DNA of 64,000 nt from Syntrophales bacterium (lineage in GTDB: Bacteria > Desulfobacterota > Syntrophia > Syntrophales > UBA2210). The stretch spans positions 992,001 to 1,056,000 of the forward strand of contig CAXXKT010000001.1 of NCBI GenBank assembly GCA_963662405.2, written 5' to 3'. Below, piece after piece: positions 19,988 through 29,481 of this stretch. Below the pieces are notes generated by a model. The model did no database searches. It saw only the letters and a list, made by a program, of their open reading frames with translations, and was not told the DNA's origin. Each line of letters begins with the position of its first letter. The stretch's first letter is position 1. The translations under genes were made by a program, and so were the position numbers.

Positions 19988-21253
19988 CTATTTGCTCAAG
20001 CAGAAATCCCTAAAGTTGTTAACGGCGGTGAAGAATTCCCGCATCATGATGACCCAGTAATACCGACCGCGGTCTGTCAGGATCAAGGATCCTCCGTGAT
20101 AGCGCATCCCTCCGGCCAGCATGAAGGCGAGGATCTCCTTCCAGAGATAGCGGAGGGCCCGGCCCCGGTATTTCCTGTCCAGGGAGGCGATTTTCATCTC
20201 CAGCCCGAACAACTGCATCAGGAAATCGTACTGTGCCTGTTGGGGGGGGGAGAAGTCGCGCGATGCCATCAGGGGAATTTCTCCCCCGTCGATAGTGTCG
20301 ATATAACGAGGAATATCGAAAGTGTTTGCGTAACACCTCCCGTCCATATATCCGATTGATCCACTACCCAGGCCGGCGTATTCATCATAATCGACGATGT
20401 ACTCGTCGACCATTGTCCCGCGTCGGGAAAAACACCAGGCCGAGGAAAAACGGTACGAAGGGGTAAGCCGTTCTGAAATGATCCGGTAAAAGGATCTCTC
20501 TTTCCGGAAGTCAACCCGTCCCATCGTTCGCTCCACCTGCTGTCGCGTCGAGTCCGATACCATGAGGGGATAATAGGTCACCTGATCCACACCCGTGTCG
20601 ATCAGGATATCCAGGTCCCGGGTCAGGACCTCTTCCGTCTGGATGGGAAAGTTGAAGATCATATCGGCGTTCAGGGTATCGAACTGTCCCGACATTTCCC
20701 TGATCCGTTGAGCGATCGATGAGCCGCTCCCGTATTTTTCGTATCTTCCCATCGCCTTCAGGAGGCCGTCGTCGAAACTTTGCACTCCCACCGAGAGACG
20801 GTTGACCCCACACCCCTTCAGTATGGTGACGTTGTGAGGAACCAGATGGTTGGGATTCGTTTCGACGGAGATTTCTTTGATACCGAAGCAGTCTGTCGCG
20901 GTCGCCAGTGTCTGTGCCAACTCGTCCATGAGGATGGTTGGAGTCCCGCCTCCGACGTAGAGACCGGTGAAATCATACCCTGCGTCGCGATACAGTCGCA
21001 TTTCCGTGCGGAGGGCATCATGATATCGCCGGCAGAGCGGTTGGTCCAGGACGACACGATTGAAAGAACAGTAGGGACAGAGGCTCTCACAGAAGGGGAT
21101 ATGGATATACAGGAGTCGGGCGCGATGCGCCCGTCCCTGAGGGAGGGAGGTACCTACCCCCTCTTCGAAGCGCATGGCGCGCGAAAAGGCCCGCTTCGTG
21201 ACTGCCGTTATAATCTGATCTATCACCGTAAATCCGTCCCTTTTCCCTTTCAC
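19988..21253 (-). CDS. HemN-like radical SAM protein (coproporphyrinogen III oxidase family)
   Basis: LYIHIPFCESLCPYCSF (CxxxCxxC), GGGTPT, RLSVGVQSF. Confidence 0.88.
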   Translation of the reverse strand: MKGKRDGFTVIDQIITAVTKRAFSRAMRFEEGVGTSLPQGRAHRARLLYIHIPFCESLCPYCSFNRVVLDQPLCRRYHDALRTEMRLYRDAGYDFTGLYVGGGTPTILMDELAQTLATATDCFGIKEISVETNPNHLVPHNVTILKGCGVNRLSVGVQSFDDGLLKAMGRYEKYGSGSSIAQRIREMSGQFDTLNADMIFNFPIQTEEVLTRDLDILIDTGVDQVTYYPLMVSDSTRQQVERTMGRVDFRKERSFYRIISERLTPSYRFSSAWCFSRRGTMVDEYIVDYDEYAGLGSGSIGYMDGRCYANTFDIPRYIDTIDGGEIPLMASRDFSPPQQAQYDFLMQLFGLEMKIASLDRKYRGRALRYLWKEILAFMLAGGMRYHGGSLILTDRGRYYWVIMMREFFTAVNNFRDFCLSK

Positions 21254-21360
21254 ACGTGCACTATCAGGGTTTTCATATTATTGCAATAGCGTTGAAATAA
21301 CACTTGGATGGTGTTATAGGAATATCCATAATACGGAAGGAAATGCCCCGATAAAACGCA

Positions 21361-21918
21361 ATGAAGACTTGGAAACTATGGGAAAACCAGAAAATTAATA
21401 AGGAGGAAACGCGTCTCCTGCGGCGACGCGCCGATGAGATCCCGATTCCCTTCGATGCCGAAGGAAAAAGGGATATAGAGATCCTGATCGATGCCTTCCT
21501 GAGCCGAGATGACGCCGCGGGGCTTGCCGCTCCGCAGATAGGGATCAGCAAGCGGGCCGTGGTGTTCAAAAACGGTAATTTCGGAGACAGAGAACCGCTC
21601 AGGAAAGGAGGCGGCCAGTACGACGTCTTGATAAACCCCCGGATCACCCAAATACGGGGTGATCGGGAAAAGGAACGGGAGGGGTGTCTGTCTTGTCCGG
21701 ATATCAGCGTCGATGTCGTCAGGGCCACCTCTATCAAAGTGAAGGCGTTTGATGAAAAGGGGAACAAGATCAACAAACGCTATACGGGATTCCTCGCGCG
21801 TGTTGTCCAACACGAGCTTGATCACCTTGATGGAAAACTGATCGTCGATCGCGGGGTAGCGGTCTATTACCCGAAAGAGAAAGCACCGTTTTTTGACGCG
21901 ATCTTCACGGGGGAATAA
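21361..21918 (+). CDS. def: Peptide deformylase
   Basis: GLAAPQIG, EGCLS, QHELDHL. Confidence 0.95.
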   Translation: MKTWKLWENQKINKEETRLLRRRADEIPIPFDAEGKRDIEILIDAFLSRDDAAGLAAPQIGISKRAVVFKNGNFGDREPLRKGGGQYDVLINPRITQIRGDREKEREGCLSCPDISVDVVRATSIKVKAFDEKGNKINKRYTGFLARVVQHELDHLDGKLIVDRGVAVYYPKEKAPFFDAIFTGE

Positions 21919-21945
21919 AAGCGTTTCGGATTCGGAGGTGTGTGG

Positions 21946-22521
21946 ATGGCTTACGATGCACCGAGTCGCTATTTTGAGGAGGCAGGGGACTCCAATACGA
22001 GCGACGTCCTCGATGCGGTCGCGCAATGCGCCGAAAGGCGTGGTATCCGAACGGTCCTGGTAGCTACCTGCAGCGGACGGACAGCGGTAGAGGCGGCTGA
22101 CCGGCTCGCTCACGATACACGGGTGATAGCCGTCACTCACTACACCGGTTTCGTCCGGCCCGATTATCAGGAGATGTCGGATGAGGTACGCCTGGCCCTG
22201 GAGGCCGCGGGGGTACGAGTACTGACCTGCCAGCACGCCTTTGGAGGTGTGGGGCGCGGCATACGGAGGGCCCTGGACACCTACCAGACCGAAGAAATCA
22301 TGGCCTACACCCTTCGGATGTTCGGGCAGGGGACGAAGGTGTCGGTTGAACTGGTGTTGATGGCCGCCGACGCGGGTCTGGTCAGAACGGACGAGGATGT
22401 GATATCCATCGGAGGGACCGCACGGGGGGCGGACACGGCCCTCGTGATTCGAGCCGCCAACTCATCCGACATTTTCAACCTGAAGGTCAGAGAAATCATT
22501 TGTAAACCATCATCATTTTAG
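21946..22521 (+). CDS. Pyruvate-kinase C-terminal-like domain protein (MTH1675/COG1751-like)
   Basis: YFEEAG.NT, VATCSGRT, VTHYTGF, TLRMFGQGTKV, MAADAG, GADTA, EIICKP. Confidence 0.8.
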   Translation: MAYDAPSRYFEEAGDSNTSDVLDAVAQCAERRGIRTVLVATCSGRTAVEAADRLAHDTRVIAVTHYTGFVRPDYQEMSDEVRLALEAAGVRVLTCQHAFGGVGRGIRRALDTYQTEEIMAYTLRMFGQGTKVSVELVLMAADAGLVRTDEDVISIGGTARGADTALVIRAANSSDIFNLKVREIICKPSSF

Positions 22522-22532
22522 AAAGATATCAT

Positions 22533-23735
22533 ATGCCATTGACACAAGATCATCTCGAGAGGTATGCGGACGCCCTGATATGGGGACTCATGAAGGCCCG
22601 GACCGGCCGGTTCAAGAGGGGGAACGTCATCCTGCTTCGCTATGATTCGGCAGGAACAAAGCTTCTCGAAGTCCTCTACGATAAGCTGCTTGACAGGGGG
22701 ATGCACGTGATTCCCCGTGCCGGTCTCAACGCGCGGATGGAACGCTCCTTCTTCGACAGGGCGAACGGGCGGCAGGTTGTCTTTCTCCCCCCCGGTGAGC
22801 GGGAGCTCCTCGAGACGATCAATGGGAGCATCTATCTCCATGCCCCCGAATCCCTGACCCATCTGAGGGACGCGGATCCCAAAAAGATTGCGAAGGCAGC
22901 GGTAGCGAGAAAGGCCCTGCGCGAGATCCTGGATCGAAGAGAGGAGGCGGGTGAATTCGGCTGGACCCTGTGCACCGTTCCGACGGACGAACTGGCGCAA
23001 AACGCGCACCTGACCATCGAAGAGTATACGGATCAGGTTATCAAGGCCTGTTTCCTGGACAGCGATAACCCCGCCGCCCGGTGGGAAGAGGTGTACCGGC
23101 AGGCGGGAGCGATCAAGAGGTGGCTGAACGGCATGGCCGTTTCGTATTACCACGTGGAATCGGATTCCGTGGATCTACGGATCAGACCGGGGAAACAGAG
23201 GCGGTGGATCGGCATTTCAGGTCATAACATCCCGAGTTTCGAGCTGTTCCTCTCCCCCGACTGGCGGGGAACCGAAGGATGTTATTATGCCAACCAGCCC
23301 TCTTTCAGGAGCGGCAACTACGTGGAAGGGGTCAAACTCGCCTTCGAGAAGGGACGTGTAGTGAAGGTCGAGGCCGAATCGGGCGAAGCCTTTGCCGTGC
23401 GGCAATCATCCATGGACCGGGGTGCCTCACGGGTCGGGGAATTTTCCCTGACCGACAAACGCTTTTCACGTATCGATCGGTTCATGGCGGACACGCTCTT
23501 TGACGAGAATTACGGGGGACAGTGGGGAAACTGCCACATCGCCCTCGGGGCGTCGTATTCGGATACGTATGATGGGAACCCGGCCGAACTGACCAAGGAG
23601 ATGAAACAAACTCTCGGATTCAACGATTCTGCACTCCACTGGGACCTGGTCAACACCGAACGAAAGCGGGTACGGGCCCGCCTGTCAAACGGGAAGATTA
23701 TCACCATTTATGAGGACGGTGTCTTTTGCCGTTAG
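22533..23735 (+). CDS. Aminopeptidase, M29 family
   Basis: NIPSFELF, VGEFS, TLFDEN, HIALG, FNDSALHWDLV. Confidence 0.88.
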   Translation: MPLTQDHLERYADALIWGLMKARTGRFKRGNVILLRYDSAGTKLLEVLYDKLLDRGMHVIPRAGLNARMERSFFDRANGRQVVFLPPGERELLETINGSIYLHAPESLTHLRDADPKKIAKAAVARKALREILDRREEAGEFGWTLCTVPTDELAQNAHLTIEEYTDQVIKACFLDSDNPAARWEEVYRQAGAIKRWLNGMAVSYYHVESDSVDLRIRPGKQRRWIGISGHNIPSFELFLSPDWRGTEGCYYANQPSFRSGNYVEGVKLAFEKGRVVKVEAESGEAFAVRQSSMDRGASRVGEFSLTDKRFSRIDRFMADTLFDENYGGQWGNCHIALGASYSDTYDGNPAELTKEMKQTLGFNDSALHWDLVNTERKRVRARLSNGKIITIYEDGVFCR

Positions 23736-23744
23736 GGTGACCAG

Positions 23745-24764
23745 ATGGCGCAACCAACCGAGATCACAGGCAAAACAAGCCTGAGAGGTGATGCCAATCC
23801 CCATGAAGAGGAACAGATCCTCCGAGAAGTCTTCGAGAGTTCACCGATCCCGACCTTTGTGATCGACAAAAACCACAAGGTTATTTACTGGAACAGGGCG
23901 CTGGAGGCGATGAGCGGTATCACCGCCCAGGAGACCATCGGCACAGGGGATCACTGGAAGGCCTTCTACCTTGAACCTCGTCCCACCATCGCCGACCTGA
24001 TCGTGGATGGATTTCACCATGAAATTCCGCGCTGGTATGCCGGGAAGTACAATCGGTCAAAGCTGATAGAAGACGCCTACGAAGTGACCGACTTTTTTAC
24101 AGTCCTCGAGGGGAGCGGCCGGTGGCTTCGCTTTACCGCATCCCTCTTGAAGGATGACCATGGTGAGGTACTCGGGGCGATGGAGACCCTTGAGGACATC
24201 ACGGACCGCAAGCTTGCCGAAGATGCACTGAGGGAGAGCGAGGCACGGTACCGGACCTTGAGCGTGACCGATTCCCTGACGGAGCTGTACAACTCGCGTC
24301 ACTTTTATGAGCAGCTGCAGCTGGAGATTGAACGGGCCGAGCGGTACGGCCACCCCCTTTCCCTCCTCCTCCTGGATATCGATAATTTCAAGCGATTTAA
24401 CGATACGTACGGGCACCTTGAAGGCGACAAGGTCCTGATCCGGCTGGGGGATGTGATCCGCCAATGTCTAAGAAAAACGGATTCCGCATACCGGTTCGGG
24501 GGAGAAGAGTTTACCCTTATCCTGCCGGAAACGGCCGGTGCAGCGGCGATTGTTCTTGCCGAACGGGTACGGGAAGAATTTGCGGATGAGACGTTTCATC
24601 CCGTTGATAGCCCGGAGACCGTACATCAAACGGTCAGCATCGGCGTGGCCCAGTATCTGCCTCACGAGGGGTTGCGCCCCTTTGTCAAACGGGCGGATTT
24701 CAACATGTACACTGCCAAGAAAAAGGGAAAAGACAGGGTCTATTACCAGCCGGTAACCTCTTGA
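23745..24764 (+). CDS. PAS-GGDEF diguanylate cyclase
   Basis: N-terminal PAS; TDSLT, DIDNFKRFNDTYGH, RKTD I-site, FGGEEF. Confidence 0.93.
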   Translation: MAQPTEITGKTSLRGDANPHEEEQILREVFESSPIPTFVIDKNHKVIYWNRALEAMSGITAQETIGTGDHWKAFYLEPRPTIADLIVDGFHHEIPRWYAGKYNRSKLIEDAYEVTDFFTVLEGSGRWLRFTASLLKDDHGEVLGAMETLEDITDRKLAEDALRESEARYRTLSVTDSLTELYNSRHFYEQLQLEIERAERYGHPLSLLLLDIDNFKRFNDTYGHLEGDKVLIRLGDVIRQCLRKTDSAYRFGGEEFTLILPETAGAAAIVLAERVREEFADETFHPVDSPETVHQTVSIGVAQYLPHEGLRPFVKRADFNMYTAKKKGKDRVYYQPVTS

Positions 24765-24858
24765 TTGCTCCCAGCCCCCGGCGATTATAATACTTGACAA
24801 GACAGTCTGCAGGCAGTATCGATCTGCTCTTCGGCGTCGAGCCGATGAAGGAGTGTAT

Positions 24859-26157
24859 ATGTCAGTTATCATGAACATCCCGGCCATCATCCGGATCCTC
24901 GTGGTCTTTGTCTGTATCCTGGTAGTCATCAAGAAAAAAATCTCGCTGGGGAATGCCTTTCTCTTCGGGGCGATCCTGATCGGTCTGCTCTTCGGGTTGA
25001 GGCCGAATGCAATGATCTCTTCCGCCGTCGCCTCGATCCTGATGCCGAAGACCCTTGCCCTTGCCGTGGTTGTCACCCTTATTCTCGTTCTCAGCAGCAG
25101 CATGGAAGAGGGAGGCAACATGGAGCGCCTCGTCGGCAATTTCCGTGGGCTCGTGACAAATCCGCGATTGAATCTCGCCATGTTCCCGGCACTCATCGGT
25201 CTTCTCCCCATGCCCGGGGGGGCGATATTCTCCGCACCCATGGTGAAGGAGCTGGGGAATCGAAGCGGTTTGAGGCCCGATCAGCTCAGCTTTATCAACT
25301 ACTGGTACCGCCATATATGGGAATACTGGTGGCCTCTTTATCCCGGGGTTCTTCTCGCGGTGACACTGGCGGAGATAGATCTCTGGGTCGTTGTGATGAT
25401 TATGTGGCCCCTCACCGTAATCGCCGTCTCCCTTGGTTCCCTGTCGATAAAAGGGACTGACCTGGAAAACGCGGGGAAGACAGGAGACAGAGCACACCCT
25501 GCCGGGCCGTTTTTAAGGGAACTGTTCCCCATACTCATGGTGATCTGTGGGGGGCTCGGTCTGGGGATGATCCTTACGGCCATATTCCCCGGTCTTGACA
25601 CAACGAAAGAGATCGGGTTGATTGGCGCCCTCATCGCGGCCATTATCTTTGTCTGGTTCCGGAGCAGTATGACGGGCACTTCCATCCGGAAGATCCTGTT
25701 CTCGCCGCACATTCTGAAGATGTTTTATATGGTCACTGCTATCCTGATCTTCAAGGGGATGCTCGAGGACAGCCACGCCGTGTCGGCCATCAGCGCAGAG
25801 TTTACAGCGCTTTCGGTCCCCTTGGTCCTGATCGTGGTCGTTCTCCCCTTTATCGTGGGGGGGATCACCGGGATCACCATCGCTTTCGTGGGAAGTACCT
25901 TCCCCATTATCATCCCGCTCATTCAGACCCTGGGGGAAGGGACCTTCATGCCCGCCTACGTGGCTCTCGCTCTTGTGAGCGGTTTTCTGGGAGTGCTCCT
26001 TTCGCCGCTCCACCTCTGCCTCCTCCTTTCCAACCAGTATTTTGGCGCCGCCTTCGGTCGCGTATACCGGCATCTCCTCCTCCCCTGCGGGGTTCTCTTG
26101 GTGACCGGTCTCGCTTACTTTTTCTTTGTGCACTGGGTGATGACCTGGCTCCGGTGA
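24859..26157 (+). CDS. DUF401 family multi-pass membrane protein
   Basis: ALIGLLPMPGGAIFSAP, NYWYRHIWE, LLSPLHLC motifs; many TM segments. Confidence 0.8.
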   Translation: MSVIMNIPAIIRILVVFVCILVVIKKKISLGNAFLFGAILIGLLFGLRPNAMISSAVASILMPKTLALAVVVTLILVLSSSMEEGGNMERLVGNFRGLVTNPRLNLAMFPALIGLLPMPGGAIFSAPMVKELGNRSGLRPDQLSFINYWYRHIWEYWWPLYPGVLLAVTLAEIDLWVVVMIMWPLTVIAVSLGSLSIKGTDLENAGKTGDRAHPAGPFLRELFPILMVICGGLGLGMILTAIFPGLDTTKEIGLIGALIAAIIFVWFRSSMTGTSIRKILFSPHILKMFYMVTAILIFKGMLEDSHAVSAISAEFTALSVPLVLIVVVLPFIVGGITGITIAFVGSTFPIIIPLIQTLGEGTFMPAYVALALVSGFLGVLLSPLHLCLLLSNQYFGAAFGRVYRHLLLPCGVLLVTGLAYFFFVHWVMTWLR

Positions 26158-26428
26158 GAGAAATGAGAGGACCTCACAACGACGGGGGATTCCCCTCGCG
26201 CCGTCGACTGAATCGCCTCCGGGGCCACCGGATCAGTGTCCGCCTGTACTCGACGAACCGGACACCCGGCGGACCTCTCCTCCCCTCTTCCATAGGCCTT
26301 TTCTATGGGTGGCGGACTGGTTATAGCTTATTTGCATTTGACTAATTCATCGTTTTTACGTAGACCTACAACAATAATGGATGAGGGACACACAGGAGAG
26401 GAAAAGGGTGCAAAGCCGGTCACATCGC

Positions 26429-27601
26429 ATGAACGGGATCATATACATGGATAACGCAGCTACGTCTTGGCCGAAGCCGAAGGAGACCCTTGCGGCGATG
26501 GCGGAGTTTGCGCAGAACGTCGGGGCGAACCCGGGGCGCTCAGGGCACCGCCTTTCCGTCGATGCCGGGCGCGAGGTCTTGAATACACGAGAGGCCGTTG
26601 CGCAGCTTTTTGGGATTCCCAATCCCCTTCGGGTAATCTTCACCAAAAACGCGACGGAAGGACTCAATATTGCCATCCGCGGCCTCCTGAAGCCAGGAGA
26701 CCATGTCATCGCCTCGGGGATGGAACACAACTCGGTCATGCGGCCCCTCCGGGACATGGAGAAACAAGGGGTTGCCCTGTCGGTTGTTCCCTGTTCCCCC
26801 GCCGGGGAATTGGACCCTGATGATGTCAAGCGGCACATACAAAAAAACACGCGGGCGATCTGTCTCACCCACGCCTCCAATGTCACCGGGACCCTGATGC
26901 CGATCTCCGAGATCGGACGGATCGCCCGGGAGCGGGGGATTATATTTTGCGTCGATGCGGCACAGACCGCCGGTGTCGTCCCGATCGACGTGAAGGTTAT
27001 GTCCATAGACCTCCTGGCATTCACCGGTCACAAATCCCTCTTCGGGCCCCAAGGGACGGGTGGTCTGTATCTGGTTGAGGGGTTGGAGAAAGATATCGAA
27101 CCGATCATGACGGGTGGCACCGGCAGCAGATCCGAATCGGAAGAGCAACCGGTCTTTCTCCCCGACCGGTACGAGTCGGGCACCCCCAACTCGATCGGTC
27201 TTGCCGGTCTCGGTGCCGGTATCCGCTTTATCCGGTCTGTCGGGATCGAGGCGATACGGGACAAAGAACGCGCATTGACGGCGATGCTGCTCGAAGGCTT
27301 CCATGCCATGCCGGAAGTCACCCTGTACGGGTGCGGCGACGCCGCACGGCAGACGGCGGTGGTCTCCTTCACGATTCCGGGGATGAGCACCGCCGAGGTT
27401 GCCATGATCCTTGATGAAGAATTTTGTATCATGTCCCGACCGGGGCTTCAGTGCGCGCCGGCCGCCCACCGGACGATCGGGACTTTTCCCATGGGGACGG
27501 TGCGGCTCAGCCTGGGATATTTTCTTGATGAAGACAACATCCGAACCGCCCTTGCGGCTGTTGACCGGATTATTTCTACGAAGAAAGGAGTTGCCTCATG
27601 A
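26429..27601 (+). CDS. Class V PLP enzyme, cysteine desulfurase / selenocysteine lyase family
   Basis: YMDNAATSWPKP, EHNSVMRP, DAAQ, FTGHKSL (PLP Lys), RPGLQCAP (catalytic Cys). Confidence 0.9.
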   Translation: MNGIIYMDNAATSWPKPKETLAAMAEFAQNVGANPGRSGHRLSVDAGREVLNTREAVAQLFGIPNPLRVIFTKNATEGLNIAIRGLLKPGDHVIASGMEHNSVMRPLRDMEKQGVALSVVPCSPAGELDPDDVKRHIQKNTRAICLTHASNVTGTLMPISEIGRIARERGIIFCVDAAQTAGVVPIDVKVMSIDLLAFTGHKSLFGPQGTGGLYLVEGLEKDIEPIMTGGTGSRSESEEQPVFLPDRYESGTPNSIGLAGLGAGIRFIRSVGIEAIRDKERALTAMLLEGFHAMPEVTLYGCGDAARQTAVVSFTIPGMSTAEVAMILDEEFCIMSRPGLQCAPAAHRTIGTFPMGTVRLSLGYFLDEDNIRTALAAVDRIISTKKGVAS

Positions 27602-28179
27602 TGCAGGAAATAGATGCGCGGGGGTTTGCCTGTCCCCAACCCGTCATCATGACCAAGAAGGCGATCGAGGAAGGGGACGATTGTGTCGTTATCGTCGATA
27701 ACGAAGCGGCCCGGGACAATGTGTGCCGGATGGCGAAGAGCCGGGGGTGTGAAACGAGAGTGGAGGAACGGAACGGTGCTTTCCGTATCCACGTGACCCG
27801 AGAGGAAGACCGGAAACCGGGAGAAAAACCTCTTCCCACCGTAGGTCCCACGGTGGTAGTCTTTCCCTGTGACTGTATGGGGAAGGGAGACGATGAACTG
27901 GGGGCGGTCTTGGTACGGGCATTCATACACACGCTGGGTGAGATCTCCCCGAGGCCCGACGGATTGATCTTCTTCAACGCGGGGGTCAAACTGACAGCGG
28001 ACGGCTCAGCGGTCATCGAAGACCTCCGCGCCCTGGAGGAGACGGGAATTCGTATCTTGGTCTGCGGGACCTGTCTCGACTTCTTCGGCCTCAAGGATAA
28101 ACTCCGGGCCGGCATGATATCCAATATGTACGATATCGCCGAGACGATGTTGTCCGCGGGGAGGATCGTCAGGATATGA
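27598..28179 (+). CDS. yedF: Selenium metabolism protein YedF (SirA/TusA + DsrE domains)
   Basis: DARGFACPQPV, MGKGDDELG, CGTCLDFF, SNMYDI; ATGA overlap with the upstream gene. Confidence 0.9.
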   Translation: MMQEIDARGFACPQPVIMTKKAIEEGDDCVVIVDNEAARDNVCRMAKSRGCETRVEERNGAFRIHVTREEDRKPGEKPLPTVGPTVVVFPCDCMGKGDDELGAVLVRAFIHTLGEISPRPDGLIFFNAGVKLTADGSAVIEDLRALEETGIRILVCGTCLDFFGLKDKLRAGMISNMYDIAETMLSAGRIVRI

Positions 28180-28406
28180 CGGATACGCAGTCCTTCTGGG
28201 TGATTCTCTTCGATTCGACAAGCGAGGCCCTCCTCGCCGAAAAACTGTTGAAAGCAACACCTGTTCCCCACAAGGTGATCCCGGTTCCCCGCAAAATCAG
28301 TTCTGATTGCGGTGTCTGTATCCGATTTTCAGCCCCGGATATCGAGCGGGTCGGCGCGATCCTCGACGGGGCCGTCCCCTTTCGCGCGATCACCCCCCTT
28401 GAATAA
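28176..28406 (+). CDS. DUF3343 putative Se/S carrier protein
   Basis: ILFDSTSEALLAEK, IPVPRKISSDCGVCIRF; ATGA overlap. Confidence 0.85.
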   Translation: MTDTQSFWVILFDSTSEALLAEKLLKATPVPHKVIPVPRKISSDCGVCIRFSAPDIERVGAILDGAVPFRAITPLE

Positions 28407-28413
28407 TTCCTGG

Positions 28414-28461
28414 TTGACAAGGCAAAAACGGTGCTTATTATATAATCGTATATTGACGATA
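28414..28461 (+). promoter_or_regulatory. Promoter with ArsR-type operator
   Basis: TTGACA 28414, TATTAT/TATAAT 28436-28446, followed by inverted repeat ATCGT-ATATTG-ACGAT 28445-28460. Confidence 0.65.
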
Positions 28462-28567
28462 GGCGATATCTGTGATAGTCCCCTCCGACGATATGAGGCA
28501 ATCAAGGCCTGGCAGGGAATTTTTTACCATATGAGAACTCTAAAATGGATAGGGGAATAAGCGATCG

Positions 28568-28933
28568 ATGGCACAAGGTGGATGTATCGGTGGAGCGCGT
28601 TTTGTAGATCTTGAAGAAATTGAAGGAATAGACCGAAAGACGTGCACGGAAATACTGGCTCGTCTCTCAAAGGGGCTGGCCCACCCCGCGCGGATCGAAA
28701 TTATCCGGATGCTGTACCATAAACCTCCGGAGAAAAAGTATATCTGCTCGGATATTGTCGCTGTACTTCCCCTGGCTCAGGCCAGTGTGTCCCAGCACCT
28801 GAAAATACTGAAGGAGACCGGCTGGGTGTACGGAGAAGTTGACGGCCCGCGCGTCGTATGTAATCTTGTGGGGAATATTGTTGAATATTACAAAGTAGTT
28901 GTGAGGAAGGCTGTTCAGGAGAATACCATATAA
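28568..28933 (+). CDS. ArsR/SmtB family transcriptional regulator
   Basis: KGLAHPARIEII, ICSDIV, PLAQASVSQHLKILK, GEVDGPRVVC. Confidence 0.92.
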   Translation: MAQGGCIGGARFVDLEEIEGIDRKTCTEILARLSKGLAHPARIEIIRMLYHKPPEKKYICSDIVAVLPLAQASVSQHLKILKETGWVYGEVDGPRVVCNLVGNIVEYYKVVVRKAVQENTI

Positions 28934-28948
28934 AAGGAGAAAGAAAAT

Positions 28949-29269
28949 ATGTTTACAGTTTCGGAAAATGCACAAGAGATGATCAAAAAAGTCCTCGAAT
29001 CGCGGGACGAGAAACTCCCGATCCGCTTGTTTTACTCCGGAGGCGGGTGAGCCGGCCCATCGCTGGCGATGTCTCTGGATGAGACACGGGACGGAGATAA
29101 GACGTTTCAGGAAGACGGGATCACGTTCACTATAGATGAGCAGTTGTTCGAAGAGGCAAAACCGATCAATATCGATTATATCGATTCGGTCGGAGGAGCC
29201 GGCTTTTCCATCACTTCAAACCTGTCGGTTGGCGCCGCGTGCAGCACGTGTGGTGGAGGGTGTAGCTGA
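28949..29269 (+). CDS. HesB/IscA-like selenoprotein (Sec at codon 34)
   Basis: AAGGAG RBS and ATG 28949; reads MFTVSENAQEMIKKVLESRDEKLPIRLFYSGGG-TGA(29048-50)-AGPSLAMSLDE...GAACSTCGGGCS. UGA sits at the conserved IscA Cys position; hairpin downstream; selA in window. Confidence 0.9.
29051..29090 (+). promoter_or_regulatory. Candidate bacterial SECIS element
   Basis: Hairpin UGUCUC-UGGAU-GAGACA 29070-29086 with G in the loop, 25 nt after UGA; alternative CAUCGC/GCGAUG hairpin 29058-29071. Confidence 0.65.
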
Positions 29270-29481
29270 TATCGGCATGGCTGAAACCGACCAATTATGT
29301 CTCATGACGACCACCTGCTCCAACCGGGAAGAAATCGGCCTGGTGCCGACAGCCCGATGGCGGCGGGTGGTCGAGTGAGAGGGCTGTGCTCCGGAAATCA
29401 TCCATATCCTCTGCACACGTGCAGGGGAAAGGCCGTTCGGAAGGAACGGAGACCGTTTTTCCAGAGGGGGGGGTATACCGG

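Noticed and set aside
29069..29269. 66-aa ORF as a stand-alone gene
   Set aside because: It is the post-UGA part of the 28949-29269 selenoprotein and has no RBS of its own.
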